From Desulfonatronovibrionaceae bacterium (GTDB taxonomy: Bacteria > Desulfobacterota > Desulfovibrionia > Desulfovibrionales > Desulfonatronovibrionaceae): 64,000 bases of DNA. Under the pieces are notes generated by a model. That model ran no database searches, was not told the DNA's origin, and saw only the letters and a list, made by a program, of their open reading frames with translations. Where the stretch lies: NCBI GenBank assembly GCA_046539845.1, contig JBKHGE010000002.1, positions 62,001-126,000 of the forward strand. Reading direction: 5' to 3'. Positions within the stretch are counted from its first letter, which is position 1. Every line of letters begins with the position of its first letter. The translations under genes were made by a program, and so were the position numbers. Of the stretch, positions 57,715-64,000 are shown piece after piece.

Positions 57715-58494
57715 TCAGCTTCCGGCCCTAAGCACTTGCAGGAACATGGAATCCAGATCCGCGACATAATCGGTTATATACACCGTCATTAATTTGAACA
57801 GCATGCCCAGGAAAATAAATCCGACCATAATCCGGACCGGCATGCCCACGAACAATACGTTCATCTGCGGCGCGGCCCGGGCTACCAAGGCCAGGGCGAT
57901 ATCCACCAGGATGACCGTGGCCGTGACCGGGGCGGCTATCTTGACTGCCAGCAGAAATAGCATGGCCGAAAAGCTGAGCATTTTGTCCAGGAGCACCGGA
58001 GTGAGAAGGAACCCGCCCGGGGGAACGATCTCAAAGCTTTGGGCCAGTCCGGAGAGGAGATAGAGGTGCCCGTTTAAGGACAGAAAGATAAGCAGGGATA
58101 TCATATACAGGAGATGGGCGGTGACCGCTTCTGAAATCCCGGTTATAGGATCGACCACATTGACTATGGCAAAGCCCATCTGGAATCCGATCAATTGTCC
58201 CCCGGTCTGAACGGCTGCGAACAGGAAGTTGACTATAAGCCCCAGGCTCAGACCGAGCAGGAGTTCACCCAGGATCATGAGCAAAATCCCTAGGGGATGG
58301 TCCGGGAAATAGGAGGGGTCAAAGGAAAGAGCGGGCCACAGCCCCAGGGTAAGGACCAGGCACAGGGCGGCCTTGATTGTCCGGGGCAGGGCCTGCCCCC
58401 CGAAAAAAGGCAGAAGAAAGAGGACGATACTCACCCGGAAGAAGGTCAAAAAAAAGCTTGTCAGGGTTTGCTGATCCAAGTCAAAAAGGTCCAT
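57715..58494 (-). CDS. fliR: Flagellar export protein FliR
   Basis: GQLIGFQMGF...DP, LNGH, ARAAPQMNV. Confidence 0.95.
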   Translation of the reverse strand: MDLFDLDQQTLTSFFLTFFRVSIVLFLLPFFGGQALPRTIKAALCLVLTLGLWPALSFDPSYFPDHPLGILLMILGELLLGLSLGLIVNFLFAAVQTGGQLIGFQMGFAIVNVVDPITGISEAVTAHLLYMISLLIFLSLNGHLYLLSGLAQSFEIVPPGGFLLTPVLLDKMLSFSAMLFLLAVKIAAPVTATVILVDIALALVARAAPQMNVLFVGMPVRIMVGFIFLGMLFKLMTVYITDYVADLDSMFLQVLRAGS

Positions 58495-58505
58495 GCATTG
58501 CCATG

Positions 58506-58521
58506 AGCAAAATGCGGACCA
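58506..58521 (-). promoter_or_regulatory. Sigma-54 promoter of the fliR-flhB-flhA operon
   Basis: Minus strand TGGTCCGCATTTTGCT (GG-N10-GC), 11 nt from the fliR ATG. Confidence 0.65.
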
Positions 58522-58722
58522 GAGGATCGGGGACGGTTTGGCAGGCTTATGTATCCTGCCTGCAGGGTCAGGACCAGGCTGTACCTGTTAGCGGGCTGTT
58601 TTCCGGATCCGGCGGACAAGAGTGGAGACCTGTTTTGCCCACCCGGTAATGCATCCCGGCATTCAAGACAGCCTTGAAGCAGTCGGCCGGGCCTGAGTCA
58701 ATTCCGCTGCGAAGAGGTAAGG

Positions 58723-59628
58723 CTAGTCCAGGATATAGCGCATGGGGTCTACCGGGACCCCGTTGTTGCGCACCTCGTAGTGCAGATGGGGGCCGGTGCT
58801 GCGACCGGTGTTGCCCACATGGCCTAGGAGTTGCCCCCTTTCCACCTCCTGGCCGGGCTCGACCTTGTATCTTTTCAGGTGTCCGTAGCGGGTCTTGAGG
58901 CCGTTGCCGTGGTCCAGAACCACGCATATTCCGTAGGCCCCGTCCTTGCCGCTGAAGACCACCTTGCCGTTGGCCGGGGAGTAAATTGGGGTCCCTGTGG
59001 GGCCGCTTATATCCAGTCCCTTATGGAATTCACGCCTGCCGGTGAACGGGGAAGTGCGATACCCGAAATCCGAGGATACCCAGCCCTGGGTGGGCCAGAT
59101 GGAGGGAGTGGAGGCCAGGATCTGCTTTTTGTCCTTCAGGTGGTCCAAAAGCTCCTTTTGCCTCATCTGTTCCAGCTTGGCGTCCGTGCTCAGCTCGTCC
59201 AGGAAATTGTGCATCTTGCGGGCCAAAAGCTCCTGGCGATGGCTGGAGAGGAAGGCCTCGGACAGCTTTTCTATTTCCGGACCGCCCAAAGAAGGTGAGA
59301 GGAAGGGCTGCCCGGAATCCAGATTGGCCATCACCCGCAGTTTGGAATCCAGGGCTTTGACCTTGGTCAGGTCTTTTTCCAGGGAGTTTATTTTCTGGGC
59401 CAGAGAAAGGAGCTGGCCTTTTTGCTTTTGTATAGTTTTCTGTGAATCCTGCATCTGGGTCTGCATAACCTGATATTTGTGATAGAAGGTCCCGAAATAT
59501 ACGCTGCTGCCAAGCAGTCCGATAATCAAAAATAAAATCACAGCCGGAGTCCAGCTGCGGATATGGAGCTTGCGGCAGCACCCCTGTTTTTCTTTGAAAA
59601 CAATGATTTCGTATTTAGGGCCGATCAT
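58723..59628 (-). CDS. M23 family metallopeptidase
   Basis: TM + coiled coil; HKGLD, YGHL, TGRSTGPHLHYEV. Confidence 0.93.
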   Translation of the reverse strand: MIGPKYEIIVFKEKQGCCRKLHIRSWTPAVILFLIIGLLGSSVYFGTFYHKYQVMQTQMQDSQKTIQKQKGQLLSLAQKINSLEKDLTKVKALDSKLRVMANLDSGQPFLSPSLGGPEIEKLSEAFLSSHRQELLARKMHNFLDELSTDAKLEQMRQKELLDHLKDKKQILASTPSIWPTQGWVSSDFGYRTSPFTGRREFHKGLDISGPTGTPIYSPANGKVVFSGKDGAYGICVVLDHGNGLKTRYGHLKRYKVEPGQEVERGQLLGHVGNTGRSTGPHLHYEVRNNGVPVDPMRYILD

Positions 59629-59676
59629 GTCTGTCCCTTTTTATTTCGGGTTGTCTCTATTTTTAGACTTTGGAAT

Positions 59677-60423
59677 CTAGTTTAACTGCGAATCCAAGTC
59701 AAGTTGCCATCTGGCAATGGCGTTAAAAATATTTTTTTCAATCATTTTGTCCCGGCCGGTCAGGGCCTCCAGGCGGGAGAGCACTTGCTTTCTTTTGTTC
59801 TTCCCCGCCGAAGGGCAGGGGTTTTCCCAAACCGGCAGCTCCCATTCCCGGGCCGCCTTTATGAGCCTGCTTTTTTCCGTAAGCAGCATGGGCCGAATGA
59901 CTCGGAGTCTTCCGGAAAAAAAAGGTTCGTTGGCAGTCATCCCGCGTATGTTTCCGGTCTGGAGCATGTTCAAGAAAAAGGTCTCCACCAAGTCCTCCCT
60001 GGTATGTCCCAGGGCCAGGTGGGTCAGATGGTAGTCTCTACAGAGCTCGAACAGCCTTTTGCGCCGTTTCCAGGCGCATAAGAAACAGGGGGACTTTTTG
60101 CGGTTGGCCCGGGAATGGGCGTAATTGCCGATGTCGGTTGTCTCGGTATAAGCGGGCACCGGCTGTTTGTCCAGCCAGTCCAGAAGGGGCCGGTGATTGC
60201 CGGGGTCAAAACCGGGGTTTATATGCAGGACCATGATCTCGAAATAAAAGGGGACCATGCGCTGCCTGGCCAAAAGCACCCTGAGCATGGCCCAGCTGTC
60301 CACTCCGCCGGACAGGGCCACTCCCACCCTGGCCCCGGGCCAGAGCATGCCGGTGCGGTGCATTAGCTTTCCAGCGCTGGATATGCAGTTTTTCTGGGCG
60401 TAGGAAAGTCTTTTCCCGGGCAT
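59677..60423 (-). CDS. ttcA: TtcA-like tRNA thiolation protein (PP-loop ATPase)
   Basis: SGGVDS PP-loop, PCFLC, ALGH..D, IRP, NPCP. Confidence 0.8.
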   Translation of the reverse strand: MPGKRLSYAQKNCISSAGKLMHRTGMLWPGARVGVALSGGVDSWAMLRVLLARQRMVPFYFEIMVLHINPGFDPGNHRPLLDWLDKQPVPAYTETTDIGNYAHSRANRKKSPCFLCAWKRRKRLFELCRDYHLTHLALGHTREDLVETFFLNMLQTGNIRGMTANEPFFSGRLRVIRPMLLTEKSRLIKAAREWELPVWENPCPSAGKNKRKQVLSRLEALTGRDKMIEKNIFNAIARWQLDLDSQLN

Positions 60424-60563
60424 GAAAATTGTCCTTTATTTTTGTTAGCCAGGTATGGTAATAAAAAGTTAAACGGACCAAACAATACTTAGACCCTTAT
60501 TTATAGCGAAGACTTTTTAATATCACCTGGCTACAGAGGTCAAACAGTAAAGAGGGAGGAAAA

Positions 60564-60863
60564 ATGGTGATAATCAACAGTCAAAAGTTCCCCAGTCAGG
60601 AACAGCTGGTGGCGCATGTGGACCGGACCAGATGCGACGGTTGCGCCATTTGTGTGGATATCTGCCCCACAAACGCGCTGGAGGTGCGGGAAAACAAGAA
60701 CCGGCCCGGACACAGGGTGGTTTTTGTTTATCCCCGGTTGTGCGAGGGATGCGGAGTGTGTCAGGGGACCTGCCCCAAGGAGGCCATCTTTATCCCCGGG
60801 TTCAGCCTTATGGATCTGCGGCGGATGATAAAACAGGCCATTGAGTATAAAGAACCGGCCTGA
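60564..60863 (+). CDS. 2[4Fe-4S] ferredoxin-like protein
   Basis: CDGCAICVDICP and CEGCGVCQGTCP; GGAGG RBS. Confidence 0.9.
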   Translation: MVIINSQKFPSQEQLVAHVDRTRCDGCAICVDICPTNALEVRENKNRPGHRVVFVYPRLCEGCGVCQGTCPKEAIFIPGFSLMDLRRMIKQAIEYKEPA

Positions 60864-60969
60864 TCCGGCTCATCGCTTTATATCCTGCTGCAAGCAGGTA
60901 ATATATCCGAGTGTTTTAAAATCCGCTCCAAGCTGGCAAGGCTTCCTGTCCTTCGCTTCCCCGACAGTG

Positions 60970-60997
60970 TTGACAATCCGAAAACCCGGTCTATAAT
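60970..60997 (+). promoter_or_regulatory. Consensus sigma-70 promoter upstream of rpoZ-dnaJ-moaC
   Basis: TTGACA-16 nt-TATAAT. Confidence 0.65.
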
Positions 60998-61222
60998 TCA
61001 CAGTTGGGAGCAATACTCTTTCCGGGCCACGGCCGGCCCGGCTTTGCTTGGCAGTGCGGCGGATATTTTCCCTTGACCGATGCCGGGTTAACAGTCTAAA
61101 TAATTCTGCTTTTCCAGTCTGCGCACTGGTGTGCAGGCAGCGGGTTGCCCCTTTCTTTTGTTGGCAGGGGGGATAGTACCGCGCTAATTCCGGCTTGAAA
61201 ACAGTCTTATACGGAGAGAATT

Positions 61223-61438
61223 ATGGCGAGGATTACTGTTGAGGACTGCCTGGCTCAGGTGGACAACAGGTTTATGGTGGTTCAGATGGCGATAAAGAGG
61301 ATCAAACAGTACAATGACGGCTACGAACCGCTGGTGGAGTGCAAGAACAAGAGGGTGGTCACCGCCCTGCGGGAGATAGCCGCAGGCAAGGTAAAGCCGT
61401 CCAAGCCCATTGAACAGGCAGGACTGAATCTAGATTAA
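61223..61438 (+). CDS. rpoZ: RNA polymerase omega subunit
   Basis: [27 protein letters not shown]. Confidence 0.96.
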   Translation: MARITVEDCLAQVDNRFMVVQMAIKRIKQYNDGYEPLVECKNKRVVTALREIAAGKVKPSKPIEQAGLNLD

Positions 61439-61440
61439 AT

Positions 61441-62541
61441 ATGGCAAAAAGAGATTACTACGAAATTCTGGGGGTTTCCAGGGACGCTTCAGCTGAGGAT
61501 CTCAAAAAGGCCTACCGCAAGCTGGCCATGAAGTATCATCCGGACCGTAATCCCGACGATCCGGAAGCAGAGGCCAGATTCAAAGAAGCTGCCGAGGCCT
61601 ACGAAGTCCTGCGCGATCCGGAGAGAAAGGCCAGATACGACCAATTCGGACATGACGGAGTTAACGGGGACGGGTTCCAGAATTTCAGCTCTGCCGAGGA
61701 TATATTCGGTGCGTTCAGCGATATTTTCGGGGATTTTTTCGGGTTTGGTTCCCGCAGGGGTGGCCCGCGTCCCCGTTCCGGCGTGGATTTGCGCTATGAC
61801 ATGAGCATCACCTTCCGTGAAGCGGCCAAGGGAACGGAAAAGGACATTGAAATCCCCAAACGGGAGACCTGCGAGCGCTGCTCCGGATCCGGTTCCGAGC
61901 CCGGTCACAGGCCGGAGACCTGTGAACACTGCGGCGGGGCCGGGCACGTCTACCGTTCGCAGGGCTTTTTCCGGGTGTCCATGCCTTGTCCGGCCTGCCA
62001 GGGCCAGGGAACCATTATCAGGCATCCCTGTGCTCAGTGCCGGGGGCGGGGGTTGATAAACGTAAACAAGAAGATCAGCGTGCGCATCCCGGCCGGAGTA
62101 GACAGCGGCAGCCGGCTTCGCGTGCGCGGCGAAGGCGAACCCGGAGAGCACGGCGGTCCGCCTGGCGATTTGTATGTGGTTATCCATGTCGAGGAGGACA
62201 AGATCTTCAGCCGCCAGGGCGAGGACCTTTTGACCCAAGTGGAGGTTAGTCTGGCCCAGGCCGCGCTGGGGGACAAGATCGAGGTCCCCACCCTGGACGA
62301 GCCAGTGACTATGGAGATACCCAAAGGGGTGCAGAGCGGGGATTCATTTAGACTTAAGGGCTTGGGGCTGCCCAGGCTGGGGAGCACCAAGCGCGGGGAT
62401 CTGCACGTAGTGGTTCAGGTCCGGACTCCGACCAAATTGACCAAGAGACAGGAGGAGATCCTGCGCGAGTTCGAACAGTTGGAACGGGAAAAGAGCGGGC
62501 ACAAGATGAAGAATTTTTTCCGCAAGGTAATGGGCGAGTAG
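61441..62541 (+). CDS. dnaJ: Molecular chaperone DnaJ
   Basis: J domain HPD, G/F region, four CxxCxGxG repeats. Confidence 0.97.
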   Translation: MAKRDYYEILGVSRDASAEDLKKAYRKLAMKYHPDRNPDDPEAEARFKEAAEAYEVLRDPERKARYDQFGHDGVNGDGFQNFSSAEDIFGAFSDIFGDFFGFGSRRGGPRPRSGVDLRYDMSITFREAAKGTEKDIEIPKRETCERCSGSGSEPGHRPETCEHCGGAGHVYRSQGFFRVSMPCPACQGQGTIIRHPCAQCRGRGLINVNKKISVRIPAGVDSGSRLRVRGEGEPGEHGGPPGDLYVVIHVEEDKIFSRQGEDLLTQVEVSLAQAALGDKIEVPTLDEPVTMEIPKGVQSGDSFRLKGLGLPRLGSTKRGDLHVVVQVRTPTKLTKRQEEILREFEQLEREKSGHKMKNFFRKVMGE

Positions 62542-62575
62542 CCGGAAGTCGGAAGGGCTTTCGTAGTTGATCTGC

Positions 62576-63055
62576 ATGAGCAAAAACAAGCTTTCCCATG
62601 TGGACGCCCGGGGCCGGGCCAGTATGGTCGACGTCGGAGACAAGGAGGTCACTTCCAGGCGGGCCGTGTTTGAGGCCTGGATATGTCTTTCGGCCGAGAC
62701 TTTTACCCTGGTGGAGGAGAATCGTATCTCCAAGGGCGATGTTTTGTCCGCGGCCCGGATAGCCGGGATAATGGCTGCCAAAAAGACCTGGGAGCTGATC
62801 CCCCTATGTCACCCGGTTTTTTTGGACCATATTGATGTGGGCTTTGATATGCACAGGGAAAGTGGCCGCATCCGGGTCTGGTCCGAGGTCGGAGCCGCCG
62901 CCAGAACCGGGGTGGAAATGGAGGCCCTGGTTGCGGTGCAGACCGCATGCATGACCATCTATGACATGTGCAAGGCGGTGCAACGGGATATAAGTATTAA
63001 AGATTGCCGCCTGGTGCATAAAAGCGGCGGCCGGAGCGGGGTTTACGACCGCTGA
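62576..63055 (+). CDS. moaC: Cyclic pyranopterin monophosphate synthase MoaC
   Basis: LSH, MVDVGDK, LIPLCHP, TGVEMEAL, IYDMCKA, KSGGRSG. Confidence 0.97.
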   Translation: MSKNKLSHVDARGRASMVDVGDKEVTSRRAVFEAWICLSAETFTLVEENRISKGDVLSAARIAGIMAAKKTWELIPLCHPVFLDHIDVGFDMHRESGRIRVWSEVGAAARTGVEMEALVAVQTACMTIYDMCKAVQRDISIKDCRLVHKSGGRSGVYDR

Positions 63056-63124
63056 CCGAACCGGGGCTGACCCCCGGCCGGATCTTTTATGCCTTACAGG
63101 GTTAACCAGCCCGGCCCTTTTTCG

Positions 63125-63412
63125 TTAGCCTATCTCCAGTACCTGTTTTAGGACCTCTTTCTCCCCGCCTTCCTCGTTCCATTCCATATCCATGAATTCT
63201 GCAGTCCATTTGTTCCGAATGGGGTTAAACCAGGTCCCGCCCATATATCTTTCCTCCTCGTCCCAGACCACGGCCTGAAAGCGGTGCAGGCGCAGCCCCT
63301 CAAGCATTTTTATTGCCCGGTCCAGGATATTTCCGTTGTTCAGGACCTTGGTCACCACTTCTGCCTCGCAATGGGTCATGGACTCGATGGTCAATCTCTC
63401 AGGTGTTTTCAT
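63125..63412 (-). CDS. Hypothetical protein (95 aa)
   Basis: ATG 1 nt after the hisF stop; globular-looking acidic, Trp-rich sequence. Confidence 0.65.
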   Translation of the reverse strand: MKTPERLTIESMTHCEAEVVTKVLNNGNILDRAIKMLEGLRLHRFQAVVWDEEERYMGGTWFNPIRNKWTAEFMDMEWNEEGGEKEVLKQVLEIG

Positions 63413-63413
63413 C

Positions 63414-64000
63414 TTACCAGACCATGCGCACAGGCACACCCTTGTCGTGCATGATTTTTTTGATCTCCGGCAGGGTATATTCCCCGTAGTGGACTATGGA
63501 GGCGATGAGTGCGGCCGAGGCCCGGCCTTTTGTCACTGCATCGACCATATGCTCCGGGCTGCCAGCTCCCCCGGAGGCGATGACCGGGATACGGACGTGA
63601 TCGCAGACAAGCCGGGTCAGATTCAGCTCGTATCCGTCCTTGGTCCCGTCCGCATCAATGGAGTTGAGACATATCTCCCCGGCGCCGAGCTCCTCCATTT
63701 TTCCCGCCCAGTTCAAAGCGTCCAGCCCGGTCTTTTTTCTGCCCCCGTGGATAACTATTTCGTATCCGGAAGGGATGTCCGTGGATCGCTCAACCCGCAA
63801 CACATCCATGCCGACTACAATACACTGCGATCCGAAGGCGGCTGCCCCCTCGGAGACTATGTCCGGGTTCTTAACCGCAGCTGAATTCACGGAGATCTTC
63901 TCCGCCCCGGCCAGGAGTACGTCGCGCATGTCCTGGACTGAAGCCACTCCCCCGCCCACGGAAAAGGGAATGAATATTTTTGACGCGACTTCCTCCACCA
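63414..64000 (-). CDS. hisF: Imidazole glycerol phosphate synthase cyclase subunit (5' end outside window)
   Basis: [45 protein letters not shown]. Confidence 0.96.
   Translation of the reverse strand, partial: VEEVASKIFIPFSVGGGVASVQDMRDVLLAGAEKISVNSAAVKNPDIVSEGAAAFGSQCIVVGMDVLRVERSTDIPSGYEIVIHGGRKKTGLDALNWAGKMEELGAGEICLNSIDADGTKDGYELNLTRLVCDHVRIPVIASGGAGSPEHMVDAVTKGRASAALIASIVHYGEYTLPEIKKIMHDKGVPVRMVW

Overview
Gene-dense core-genome window from a GC-rich deltaproteobacterium. Gene content and order (glgP/dut/argD, hypF, NtrY/NtrX, cheX/HDOD/cheR, fliR-flhB-flhA-flhF-flhG-fliA-cheY-fliL, rpoZ-dnaJ-moaC) suggest a Desulfovibrionales sulfate reducer; this is inference. About 60 protein genes cover cell envelope, amino-acid and cofactor biosynthesis, DNA repair, chemotaxis and flagellar export. 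I saw no rRNA, tRNA, CRISPR array, prophage or IS element. The most interesting signals lie outside the supplied ORF track. (1) A candidate orphan sigma-54-dependent small RNA at ~1247-1322 (minus strand) with a full enhancer-IHF-promoter layout and two CCUCC anti-Shine-Dalgarno motifs. (2) A near-identical palindromic enhancer-like site recurring 32 kb away in front of a 55-aa membrane protein. (3) A ZraSR-like two-component locus collapsed by deletions and frameshifts into a ~410-bp kinase/regulator chimera, with its sigma-54 promoter and palindromic site still intact. (4) An un-called 33-aa MetS-type transporter subunit. (5) A possibly leaderless sigma-54 fliR transcript. All calls come from reading motifs by eye; no database searches were run.
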